A stretch of 64,000 nucleotides of DNA, from the NCBI GenBank assembly GCA_963749495.1, contig CAVVMW010000012.1:96001-160000 (forward strand). Direction: 5' to 3'. This DNA comes from an uncultured bacterium (lineage in GTDB: Bacteria > Verrucomicrobiota > Verrucomicrobiia > Limisphaerales > UBA8199). The notes under the pieces are model-generated. The model ran no database searches. It was not told the DNA's origin and worked only from the letters and a program-made list of their open reading frames with translations. The position numbers were made by a program, and so were the translations under genes. Position 1 is the stretch's first letter, and every line of letters begins with the position of its first letter. Of the stretch, positions 11,184 through 23,194 are shown piece by piece.

Positions 11184-11870
11184 ATGTACATCAAGCTCAC
11201 CAACTTTCAAAAGCGCACGGCGGAACTCTTCCTCTTGTCTCTAAACGGCTCAAAGACCGCCAAGCGGCTGGTCACCACGGCCAGCGGACAGATGGAGCCC
11301 GAATCCCAGGCGATCATCGCGCGTATTCCCGGGGGCTGGACTTCGGACCGCAAGCCCGAGCAGATCGTGGAGGCATTGGTCAAGTCTGACCCTGAAGTTG
11401 ACACTCAGCTCATCGGCAAGCCGGTGCGCGTGCGTTCACTCGCCTACCTGGATGAGCAACGCAGACCCGTGTGCCACTTCCGGTTGATGGAGGAGAAACT
11501 GACCCCCGAAGGCGCGGTAAAGGAAACCAAGCCTTACAAGGTCAGCGAGTCGAACATCGAGCTGCCGATCCAACTCGCCCCCAAGGGCAGCCAAACCACC
11601 GAGGACCTGGTGCAAAAGTTCGTCCTGCACAAGATCTACCAGGTGATCCACCTCGACAGTCTCTCATTCGACTTCCTCTTCAGACTGTGCCAGGAGATCC
11701 AGGGCATCGGCTTCGTCCGTGTGAATGGCGGCATCAAGGGCAACGAACCGTTGACGCTGCGCCGGGAGGGGCTCCCCTCCTTCGCCTATCTCCGCGGCCG
11801 GACTGACGGCGATAAATACTGCTGCACGCTCCACCTGACGCATCAAGAACTCAGGGTGCCGGCGGAATAA
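11184..11870 (+). CDS. Hypothetical protein, possible divergent Ku-like subunit B
   Basis: 228-aa ORF 18 nt after the previous gene with a GGAG RBS; C-half pattern resembles the Ku beta-barrel/helix arrangement. Confidence 0.6.
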   Translation: MYIKLTNFQKRTAELFLLSLNGSKTAKRLVTTASGQMEPESQAIIARIPGGWTSDRKPEQIVEALVKSDPEVDTQLIGKPVRVRSLAYLDEQRRPVCHFRLMEEKLTPEGAVKETKPYKVSESNIELPIQLAPKGSQTTEDLVQKFVLHKIYQVIHLDSLSFDFLFRLCQEIQGIGFVRVNGGIKGNEPLTLRREGLPSFAYLRGRTDGDKYCCTLHLTHQELRVPAE

Positions 11871-12037
11871 TTCCCGATCGCCGGCAACCGCTCCGCCTCG
11901 CAGCCCGTCCGTGCCTCACGGACTGGTGCCCGCGTGACAGCCGCCGTTCAGATCCCCCCAGAGCAGGCGCGTCCTTTCGAGCTCTGCGGCCCGTCGGCTC
12001 CGCGGGGCCACGCAGGCCCGCCCTATAATGGGGTAAA

Positions 12038-14904
12038 ATGCGAGTTGCCGTGCCAACCGAGACCAGCAAGTCATTCCGTCGGTTTAAGGGCTTCTATCGG
12101 TTGGAAGAGGAGGCCAAACGGCAGCTTTATGAGCTGTTAGCGGGTTGGAAGCCGGAATTCTCACTTCTTCCCGAGGCAGCCCAGGCAGTCGCCCTGCAAC
12201 AACTGCGGCCCTTGGCCCAGCGCGCGGTTTTGAATGCCTTGGAAGGGCGGACCCGAAACGAGGAGGAACAGTTCGGATACGATTGGGAGGACGCGTTGCC
12301 CCGGATCGAGGCCGGTCCGTTGCGCGCGGCTGTCGCCCAGCCCCTGCTGGAGAGCCTGCCGCCGTCGATTCGCGAGGCGCTCAACCAGCCGGAAGTCGTC
12401 CGGCGCGACAGAATCGAATGGCTTTATGGGGAGACCGTGGATCGCATTCGCAAATTCACCCCCTACCTTCCCTCCGAGGAGCAGGCACTAGAGGAATGGA
12501 AGAAACAGTGTCCGCAGGCTTACAGCCTGGCTGAGCAGACGGCCCGGAAATCGGTGCAGGCCAATCAAGACCGGAGCCGTCGGAGCGCTGGCGACATGGC
12601 GACAGTCCCCGAGGAAACCCGCCGGCTTTCTTTGACCGCCCACCTGATCGCCGCGCGCAAACTCTACCAGCACGTGCTGGGGCTGTCCGAATACTATGAG
12701 GGCAACACCACCGTGGTGGGCTTGAAAGTGCCCCCGGAAATGCAGGCCGATTTCGGCACCCGCATGTATGTCCGGCTGGGCACCGCCGGCAGGGCGGCCA
12801 CCTACGGCGAAGCTTCCCCACGGCAGATGGCGCAGTTTGGGGCCATGCTCGAGAGCAACCTGTTGCGCAATCTTCAGGAGAAGGTTTGCCCCTGGACCAC
12901 GGAAACCGCCGGCGCGCAGAAGATCGACACGAATTTGCTGGCGCGGGCCTATTACCAGATCGTCAGGCCGTCGGACGGCGAGGAACCGAAGGCTCATCCC
13001 GACAACGGCACGCTCGAACGCCTCGAACGCAATCCGGGCTATTACGGGCTGCTGGGCTTCCGAGAAGATATCGCTCCCGAGCACGCTCAGGTCTTCGGCC
13101 AGTTCCTGGACGCGAACCCCGGCCTGCAGGAGTTCCTCGAGCGGCCCAGCGTGCAGGAGGCCTTCAAAACGCACCGGCTTGATCAAAGCCTGGTGGAGCT
13201 TGCGCTGCGCGCGGCAGCGGCCCACGAGATAGCGCAAGTGGCGCGCAAGTGGAACCCGGGGAGCGTGGCGTCTCAGACCAGCGTAATGGCCCAGGCACAA
13301 CGCGCCGTGCCCCGCATCATCCAGGATCTGGCCGCCTATCACGATGCGCTGATGCAGAGCGATTACCTGAGCGTGCGCAACCAGGGTTTCTTCAAGGAAC
13401 GGCTCATGGCGGAGCACCTGAACTGCATCAACCCCAAGGAACGGGCGCGGATCGCGGGCTACTACCGGCCGAGGGCAGTTGCCCTGGTTGCGCGGGACGA
13501 CCACAGCAATGACCCTGTGCCGCCGGATTGGATATTGCTCCGTTCGTACACCGACCCGGTTACGCGGAAAGAGTATACCGATTACGAGGTCGACCTGCCG
13601 GAAGGCCAGATCATCCTTTGCCTGCGCCAAGGCGCCAGTCCCAAGGCCGCCCAGGAGGTTGCCCGGCGGTTGCTGGATTTGACTCAACCGCCCCGCATCA
13701 ACGACTGCGCGGCCCGGGTAAAAGGCGTGCGCATCTCCGAACTGAGCTACAACGAGCTCTGCGCTTCTTGCCTGCGGCCCATCAGCATCGCCCGCATGCA
13801 ATTTTACACCTCCTTTTCCGCCTCCGAAACACTCGACATCCTGCGCGGATTTCCGAGGAGCCGACAACCGAGAACCTCGTCGAGGCTATGCGGCCTTGCT
13901 TTGTGCTGCGCTACAGCGACGCCTACTGCCGGGTGAAGCCGGCGGAGATGGTGCGGGTCAAGTACCGCACCCCGACAGGGGAGAAAAAGAACCCCTGCTG
14001 GGACGCCAGCCAGGCGCTTTGCGGCATGCGCGAGCCCGCCAAAGACTCGAACATGCTCGACCGCCTGGAGAACCCGAAATGGGGGCTGATCGTCGTCGAG
14101 GGAGAAAAAAAGGCCGCCATGCTGGCCCAGATGTGCCTTGAACGGGAGCTGCCTTATCACGTCATCGCGCTGCCCGGAGTCTGGATGGGCCTCATCCGCG
14201 GCAAGCTGGTGCCGGAATTGGAGCAGTTCAAGATGCAAGACGCGAGCGGGAACAGACGCAACTGCTACATTTTCTTCGACAACGACAAGGCCTTCAAGGC
14301 CGGCGTCACGCATGCCCTGGTCGAAACGGCCGCCGCCCTGCAACGCGCCGGGGCCCGCGTGTTCGTCCCGAACCTGCCTTTCGGAAAGAACATCAAAGGC
14401 GCCGACGACTTCGCCCTGGCCCATTGCCGGAAAGGGAGTGCCATCGATTACCAGCCGCTTATCAACATTCTTGAGAAGGCGGCGCACGTCCCGGAACGCG
14501 CGCGCAAGGTGAAGTACCCCGGTCCCGAACAGGAACGGGAAATCAACCGCAAGCTGAGCCAGGCAGAGCAAATCCATGAACTGCAGAGCGTGCTGCGGCA
14601 AAAGCCAAACCCGGTGGAAACACCGGAGATGGGCCGGTTGTTCATGCTCCAGGCCGCTTACCTGCTTAAGAGCCCGAACGAACGCTTCAATGCGGCGCTG
14701 TGGGATAGTTTGAACGAACGCGGCAAGACCGCATTTGTTGACATGCTCTTGAAGGACAACCCGGCTTTGAAGCTGCTCCGGCAGGCATGCGGCGGTATTC
14801 CCAGTTTCGAGGACGGAGCGACGGCGCGGGATCTGACCGCGGGACCGCTCCCAATGGAGGAGCGAGGAAGCGCGCTCACGCCGGAGTTGTTCGCCGTCGC
14901 CTAG
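12038..14904 (+). CDS. Large protein with DUF3854/Toprim primase-like domain (frameshift ~13855)
   Basis: ORFs 12038..13936 and 13528..14904 join at GFP/EEPTTEN; motifs YCRVKP, KYRTP, VVEGEKKA, IALPGVW, IFFDND and KGADDF. Confidence 0.75.
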
Positions 14905-14939
14905 CGCCAAAACACCCTCGCCGGAACTTATACTGGGGA

Positions 14940-17900
14940 ATGGCGTCCAAATGGTTCCTGTGCAAAACGGCCCTTCTGCGCCCAACCGGCTTTTCCGGGC
15001 TGCTCTGCCTTGCGGCTCTCTCTCCTCTCGCCGGGCTCGCCCAAGGGTCCGACCTGGGGTTTGAAACGCCCGTGGTGGGCTACGGCAGCTATCAATACAA
15101 CCCCAGCGGAGCGCCCTGGACCTTCGCTGGCAACAGTGGCATCACGGGAAACGCCAGCGGCCTTTCGGGAAGCAATCCAAACGCTCCGGAAGGCTTCCAG
15201 GTCGCCTTCGTGCAGACCACCGGCAGCATGTCCCAGCCGATGGCCTTCGCCGCCGGTTTTTACAAGCTGGTTTTCTCGGCGGCGCAACGCAACTCCGGTT
15301 CCGCCTGGCAGACCTTCAACGTCACGCTCAACGGAGTCGTGCTCACGAACATGGCGCCTGCCCAGGGGGCCATCAGTTACCAGGACTACACCGTCGGTCC
15401 GTTCCAAACAACGGCGGGCACACACACGCTCGCGTTTGTCGGCACCGACCTGGCCGGCGGCGACAACACCATTTTCATCGATAACCTGCGCTTCACTCAA
15501 ATGACGTTGTCGGCCAGCGTCTCCCCTGGAAGCTTCACGACCAACCACCCGTTCCCGGTCACGATCACCGCCTGGCCAACCACGGCCGCCGCATGCTACC
15601 GGCTGAACGGCGGGACCTGGCTCGCTCACACCAACCCCTTCACCATCGGCGACGGGAAGAACGCAGCCACCGTGCAGGTGGACAGCTACGCCACCGACGG
15701 GGTCTCCTTCAGTCCAACCAATTCAGTCACTTACGTGTATCAGCCGCCAGTTGTGGCCAATGACTTTTTCGCGGACCGGGTCACCCTCACGCCGCCGCCC
15801 ATTGTTTACCCCGACACGGTGAACGGGATGACGTTCCAGCACCCGGGATTCTGGACGAATTTCAATGTGACGCTGACGGGCGCCACGATGGAAAACAACG
15901 AGCCAAACCACGCCAACACCAGCCCGGCGGCCAGCGCATGGTACAGCTTCACCTCCGCCACCAGCGGGGAGATGCGCATCGTGGTCCCCACCAGCAACCC
16001 GAGCGTGATAGCCGTTTATACCGGGGGCTCGGACACCTGCTATTTCCCGTTCGAGGGGTCCGCAGTAAACGCGCTCAACGCAAACTTCAGCTTCAGCATG
16101 AACGGCGCGGGGGCCACGTTTGTCCCGGACGCCGCGCCGATTCCCTGGAGCGCGCAATCACTGAACCTCAACGGGACGGGAAGCTACGCCCAGTTGATGG
16201 ACGCGAACCTCAACTCGTTCACCTATAGCCTGTGGGTGAAAGTCAAAACCGTGCAACCCGGGGCGGTCATCTACCGGACCAGCAGCGCCGGCCCGCAGTC
16301 GGTCTATTCCGAGTCCATCGGAATCAACTCCAACGGGGTGTGGTCCGCATGGGGCGGTTCGGCAATTACCAGCTCCATCGTCGTCCAGTCCAACACCTGG
16401 TATCACCTGGCGCTGTCCGGCGTCAACTATGGCGCCATGCACTTCTACGTCAACGGAGTGGAACAAGGCACGCCTATCAACAATATCGGCAGCATCTCCA
16501 GCCGGGACCGCTGGCAGATGGGCCAGGCCGTCGCCGGAGGCGGCCAGCCGTTCAACGGCGAGATTGACGATTTGGCGATCTACCACAAGGCGCTCTCCGC
16601 CAGCCAGGTTGCGGCTTTGGCTGCCGGGACAACTCCGCCGACTTATGCCGCGTGGGACGTGTCGCTCCTCTCGGCGGTTGCCTCCTCGACCAGCGGCACG
16701 CTCTCCCTCAACGCGCTGGGGAACACCGTTTACCAGATCGCCTTTGCTGCTCCCGGGAACGCCATCTACAACTACCCGGCCGATTTCTACTTCTTTCCGC
16801 CGCCGGCCAACGACAACTTCACCAACGCCGCCGCGATCCCCAACACGCTCAACACGACCAATCTCGCCGTCGGCAACGGGAGCGTGCCGGCAACCTACAT
16901 CAATTACTCGGTCCAGGGTTACACGGAGCAGGCCACGGCCGAACCTGGTGAAACGGAAAACGCCAAGCTGAGTGTCTGGTACTCGTTTCTCGCACCGGCG
17001 AGCGGCTGGCTGTCCGTCAGCGCCGCCAACGCGCCGGGCATTTACAGCTACGTGGAAATCGGCCAGGGGACGGTCAGCGCCTTCACGAACACAACCAAGA
17101 GCGGCTGGTCGGTCAACCCGGGCGTCACCCTGCGCGTGATCGGCGGACAGCAATACTATATCCGCCACTTCTCGGATTCGGCCAACTACTGGACTCCCTT
17201 CACCCTCACGGTGGTCCACTACCCGCAGCCGGCCAACGACCTGTTCGCCAACCCGGCGCCGCTTTCGCTGAACAGCCAGACGCTGCATTACGTGTTCAAC
17301 AACGGGGTGGCGCTGGATTACCCAGTGCTTTCATCGGTGATGGACTTGAGCGATTTTGCCGCCACGCGCGAGTCGGTGGGCGAGCCCTTCTATGGCAACT
17401 CGGTGTGGTACAATTATACCCCCAGCCAGAACGGACGACTGGTGGTGGGGTTGGCCGACTACGGCGACTGGGGCACTTACAACGGGTATGAGATGGGGCT
17501 TTACACCGGAACGGCGGCCAACGCGCTGACGACTGTGTTCAACTCCCAGGGCTACAGTTGGAACGCCCTCATGAACGGGTGGCTGTCCGCCGGAACCAAC
17601 TACCTGGAGCGCGTCGCCACTTACGACGGCAGCCATTTCCTGAGCGTCTTCGAGCTCACCAACACCTTTTTCCCCAACCCGGCCAATGACAATTTTGCCA
17701 ACCGCCAGCCGATGGCGACCCGTTACGCGACCAACTACATGACCTGGAAGGGGCAACAACTCCCCCTCTCAGTGGATGAGGTCGCCAACGTGCCCGGCTT
17801 CAACTTTGCAGCCACGACCGAGAGCGGGGAGCCGCTCCAGAGCGGGACCTACAACTCGATCTGGTATTCGTGGACCCCGACCCACACTGAGACCGTCACC

Positions 17901-20900
17901 ATCAACACGGCCAACAGCTACCAGTATTTGTCGCCCGGCGCCACCATTGACACCTGCCTGGCTGCCTGCACGGGGAGCGCGGTCAACGCCCTGACCACCG
18001 TCACGGCGAATGACAACGGGCCGGGCATGGGCAACTGGAGCCAGATCGCCTTCGCGCCGGTGCCCGGGACCGAATACAAGATCCAGATCAGCAACTGGGG
18101 CAACGGCAGCGCCGGTTGGACGATGTTGAACCTCCAACAGCCCTTCCGGCTGGCCAACGACTGCTTCACCAACGCCACTCCCGTCACCCCGGCCGAGTCG
18201 GTGCTGGGGGACGGCTCGACGTTCGAATATCTCCTCATGTTTGGGACCATCACCAACGCCTCGGTCGAGAGCGGCGAACCCAACAGCAGCGGTGTCTCGA
18301 CGGTGTGGTACGCCTGGACGAACAACGTCACCGGACCGGTGACCATCCGGATGGATTCGTCCTTTGGCGGAAACTTCTACGTCTATACCGGCAACGCGGT
18401 GAACGCGCTCTCCACGCTGGCCAGCCCCGCCAGCGGCCTGGACGGCAAGATCTACTGCACCTTCAGCGGCGTGGCCGGGGCCGTCTGCCGCATCCAGGTC
18501 CGCTGCGGAACCGGCGGGGGGGCCTTCTCGCTCGAGTTTTGGCAAAAGGCCAATCCCGGCAACTGCATCACGACCAACGACAACCCAACCAACGCCTTCC
18601 AGATTCTCCCGGATACAATCGACTCCAACAACCGATACGTGGGCTCGGCCAACGGCAACGCCGTCAACGCGACGCTCCAGCCGGGCGAAACCAACGCGCT
18701 CACCGCCCTCATCAACTCGGGGGCGGAACTCAACGACAGCTACAACACCAACGTGGTCGGCAGCAACAGCCTCTGGTGGAGTTACACCGCAACGGCAACG
18801 CGGAAAATGGCCGTTTATAACCCGGCGCTGGCCGCCTACGTTCCGATGCGGATGGGCCTGGGTTACGACGCCTTCATGGACCTGGTGAAGCCGTCGAACC
18901 CCTTCAATGAAAATCCGAATCTCGTGGTGACCGCTGGCGGGACCTACTTCACCAACGCCAGTTCCGCGACCTGGTTCGCCAGCCGGCCGGCCCCGGGGGC
19001 GGCCTTCCGGTTCTCGTTTGATTACATGTTTGTGGCCAACGCGGGCGCCGCCAACGGCCTCTCCAGCGCCTACAACATCCTCATCATGGGGGACAACGGC
19101 TATTATGACCCGCTGGTGATCCGCACCGCCGACCTGATGCTGGGGGCCTACAACAACGGAACCTTCACTCCGTACAACATCGCGCTGGCGCCGAACCAGG
19201 AATATTACCTGAGCCTGGACTGCAACGGCGGCGGCCCGGCCACGGCCTATACCTTGACCGTGAATCGGACCAACAGCTCGACCATCTGCGCGGGGTTCGA
19301 TGCCAACTCCTATTATCCAATGGGGCTGGGCGCCTGCGGCGGGCGGGTCCACGACCTCCGGGTTTACCAGACCTCCCCGGTCAGCCACGAGGCCATCGAG
19401 GTATGGCAGGGCGGGAACCTGGTCGCGATTGGCGACGATGTCGTCGTCAACAACTGCACGGCGGGCGCCACCTACCAGATCCGCACGACCCCGCTCTCTT
19501 ATACGACCGACGTGGCCGCCGGCAAACTCGCCACCGAATCCTCCACCGTCAATCCCGCCGCCTATGCGGTGGACAACAACAACAGCACTTACAGCAGCAC
19601 CGGCAACGACCCGGGCGCATGGCTTCTGGTGGACCTGGGGCAGTCGTACGCGATCAACTCCGTTGAGGTCTGGAACCGCTTCGATCAGCCCAGCGCCGCC
19701 TATTTCAACGTCATCATCTCCGACACCAACAGCTCCAACCCGGTCATTCTCACCAATTACGCGATCAACTGCGGCGGGGGCGCCGTGGGCTGGTTTGGCG
19801 CGGACGCTTACTCCTCGGGCGGCTCGACCTGGAGCAGCGCCAATGCGATTGACACCAGCGCGGTCACAAACCCGGCGCCCGCCTCCGTCTATCAGTCGCA
19901 GCGTTACGGGAACTTCACCTACACGATCCCCAATCTCCTGACCAACGGCAGCTACACCGTCCGGCTCCACTTCGCGGAGTGCTATTTCACGAGCCCGAAC
20001 CAGCGCCAGGAAAACGTTTTCATCAACGGCAGGCAGGTCCTGACCAATTTTGACGCCTTCGCCGCGGCCGACGCCGGGAACAAGGCCAACATCCAATCGT
20101 TCACCGTCACGCCCAACAGCAGCGGGCAGATCATCATCCAGTTCGTCACGATTGTCCAAAACGCGGCCGTTGAGGGCATCGAAGTGATCCCCGCCTCCGA
20201 CACCGCGGCGGCTTTTCAAGCCAGCCAGGCGGCCAACGGACTCTACTATTACCCTTGCCAGGGTTCGGCGCAGTGGCCGACGATGATCCCCGTCGGCAGG
20301 AGCGGGCGCTACGTGCGCGTGCAGCAGAACATGGCAGGAAACGCCCTGGGCCTGTCCTCGCTGAAGGTGAACAGCACGCCGACCGTCAATGGACAGGTCA
20401 ACGTCTCCGTGTCCGAATTCAACCTCTCGGCTGATGGGAACAGCCCGGAAGCGGCCAGGGTTTTGACCTTCACCAATCAGGTCAGCACCTGGGTGCTGCC
20501 CAACGGCACGGTCTCCTCGACCAACTATATCGCCGCTGATTCCCAGGAGGTCGCTTACGCCACGTTTTATGGCGGCGAGTGGAACCCCGGCAGCGTCAGC
20601 GGCGGATCGGTGTGGTACAACTTTGTCCCGCCCGTTTCGGGAAGCACCATCATCGCGAGTTCCGGTGCGGTCGGCGAATGCGTGGCCCTTTACCCCGGAC
20701 CGAACACCTCGGGATGCATCACTTACGGTTGGGGGCCGTTCCAGCTCAACCTCAACGGCGGGACACCTTACTGGCTGCAGGTCGGCCTGACGAGCTATGG
20801 CCTTGAAGGGGTGAACCTCACCATCGTCGGCCCTCCGCCCAACGACAACTGGGCCAACGCCGTCAACGTCAGTTTCGTCACCAACGCCGTGGTGACCTCC

Positions 20901-22370
20901 TCGCCGGACGGCCCCGTGACCAACTATGCCTGCACGGCCAGTTTCGCGGGGCAGAACTACCTGGCGAGCCGGGATGCAGGCGAATACGACATCGCCAATT
21001 ACACGAGCGTGGCCACCAAGGGCCGCTCGGTCTGGTGGACGATCACCGCGCCGTCAAACGGTTACATCACGATTGACCCCACCAAATCTTCGTTCATCAC
21101 GGAACTGGGGCTTAAACCGGAAAGCGCGGGAGTTGGAGGCGGCTACAGCGGTTATTGGGTGGTCAACAACGGGAAGATTGTTAACGCTTACCTGACGGGC
21201 GGCACGAGATACAAGCTCTGCGTCGATGGCTCCAGCCAGGACACGGGGCTGGGTATGGGCGGCATCAACCTCGACCTGACGTTCGTCCCTTGCCCCCCGA
21301 ACGACAACTGGGCCAACCCGATGCCCGTGGCCTTCCAGACGAATGTCCTCACGGGTACTGTCCCCGACGGGGGTCAGCCTCTACACCAACTATACCGGGT
21401 CGGCGGCAGCCCACAACATCGGCGCAACGTACCAGGGGGGCGAGTACACACTCAATAACTACACCGGCCAGGGCGCTCCCGGCCGCTCCGTCTGGTTCAG
21501 CTTCACCGCGCCTGCCAGCGGCTATCTCAGGATCGATCCCACCAAGAGCACGTTTCGCACGCAGATCGGGATCAAGGCCCCCGGGCAATCGGTCGCTTCC
21601 GGCTGGGGCAGCCCCAACGCCTACGCTGTCAACTCGGCCCTCACCTATTACGTGAATGCCGGATCGAGCTACATGGTCTGCGTTGACGGCACCTTTTCCG
21701 ACGCCGGCTATGGAATCATCAACCTGGACTTCAAGCTCGACGCTTCGCCCGGCAACGACTACTGGGCCAACCCGACGCCCATCCTTTTCCAGACCAACAT
21801 TGCCACGATCAGCATGCCCAACGGCACGGCCACCAACACGTATTACACTGGCTGCGGCATCGGCAACAACATCGCCGCAACCTATGAAAGCGGCGAATAC
21901 ACGATCAACAATTACTCGAGCCAGGGGGCGCCCGGCCGGTCGGTATGGTTCACGTTGACTGCGCCCTGCACCGGCACCCTGACCGTGGACCCGACCCGGA
22001 GCAGCTTCCGCACGCAGATCGGCATCAAGGCGCCCGGCCAAGCGGTCGGTTCCGGCTGGGGCAACCCCAACGCTTATGCCGTGAACTCAGTGCTCTCATA
22101 CGGGCTAACGGCCGGAAACAGCTACATGATTTGTGTTGACGGCACGTCATCCGACGCCGGCTACGGGTTTATCGACCTTGCCCTGCAGATCAACGCGATC
22201 CCTTACAATGACGTTTTCCCCGGACCGATGCTCGCTTTCGCGACGAACACCGTTCTGGAGACCGTCGCGGAGTTTACGATCACCAACTTCCTTTACACGG
22301 CGACTGCGGTCAGCGCGAACAACTACGCCACGCAGGACGGCGGCGAATACTCGCTCTGCAGCCAGTACAC
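14940..22370 (+). CDS. Giant secreted repeat protein (about 11 PxNDxFxN repeats, LamG, F5/8C-like and malectin domains); frameshift ~21370; truncated by IS
   Basis: Signal peptide after ATG 14940. LamG motifs FTYSLWVK, WYHLA and FNGEIDDLAIY. Malectin motifs INCGG, YQSQRYG and VRLHFAE. ORFs 14787..21458 and 21343..22401 join at a G-run. Confidence 0.85.
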
Positions 22371-22596
22371 CCCTCAGTTGCATAAAAATGTAGTTGTTTA
22401 ACCGCCCTGGCCTCTCGAAAGCGGCCTCCTGCGCGGCTGCAAGCCATCTACTGAGCGCCGCTTCTCTGGCGAAGCAGAAGCCACTAAAAGTGGGGTTTGC
22501 CAAACGCCATTTCGCCCTTCTGCCGGTTACAAAAAAAATGCAAAAAAATGCGATTGGGGGCTTGACATTTCCGATAGCCTATATTATGTATCGGAC

Positions 22597-22968
22597 ATGA
22601 AGAAAACGATCTCTATCCCGCAAATCGAAGCTCGTATCCAACACATCAAAACCCAACTCGCCGCCTTGGGCGATATGCGTCCCGGAAGCCTTTCCCGGCA
22701 GTATAACGTCTGCGGCAAGCCGGGCTGCCGTTGTAAGGACCCCGAAAAACCCCGACGCCACGGCCCCTATTACCAACTGAGTTGGGTGCATCGCCGCAAG
22801 AGCACCAGCCAGTTCATCCGCCCCGGCTTTGTCGCTCAGGTCAAGGCCCAACTGGCCACTTATAGAACCTCTCGCAAGCTGACGGCACAATGGGTCGAGT
22901 TAGCCCTCCAGGCAGCCCAACTGAGGCTCCAAGCCGCCAGAGACACCGCCACGCTCCAACCCAAGTGA
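22597..22968 (+). CDS. DUF6788-like Cys/His protein
   Basis: RPGSLS...CGKPGCRC...HGPYYQLSW motif; lies inside the IS ends. Confidence 0.75.
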   Translation: MKKTISIPQIEARIQHIKTQLAALGDMRPGSLSRQYNVCGKPGCRCKDPEKPRRHGPYYQLSWVHRRKSTSQFIRPGFVAQVKAQLATYRTSRKLTAQWVELALQAAQLRLQAARDTATLQPK

Positions 22969-23174
22969 GCCTCCACCCGCCCCCCCTCCTTTCACCTCAA
23001 ACCCTTCTCCCATGAGACTTAGCCAGCAGCAAATCTATACGAGAGCCTCCTCGATGCCGCAGGTGCAATTCCAGGAACAACAACTGACCAGCTTCGGCGG
23101 TTTGCTCATCTTCCAGCAACTCTTCGGCAAAATCCAACTCAAGGAGCGCTTGCACCAGTGCTCGGCCCATCTGG

Positions 23175-23194
23175 CCTGCCTGCCGGCAGGCAGG
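23175..23194. repeat. 20-bp perfect palindrome CCTGCCTGCCGGCAGGCAGG, copy 1
   Basis: Read directly; lies at GG^CC and causes the first frameshift. Confidence 0.95.

Larger units (their letters stand above)
1..22370 (+). mobile_element. Putative integrated plasmid/ICE/phage-like accessory region (left end outside window, right end cut by IS)
   Basis: All genes on + strand. DNA-transaction cargo (helicase, dnaN without dnaA/recF/gyrB context, exonuclease, ligase, DUF3854 primase). The intergenic REP/heptamer repeats seen throughout 24.7-64 kb were not seen here. No integrase or structural genes visible. Confidence 0.6.

Noticed and set aside
17769..20219. Long antisense or alternate-frame ORFs (also 29005-30948, 40461-42566, 44850-47237, 56265-57899, 62520-63977)
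   Set aside because: Shadow ORFs of real genes in GC-rich DNA, with no recognisable motifs
21300..22200. Similar late repeats in the giant gene as a DGR or CRISPR
   Set aside because: They are in-frame domain duplications with substitutions at all base types
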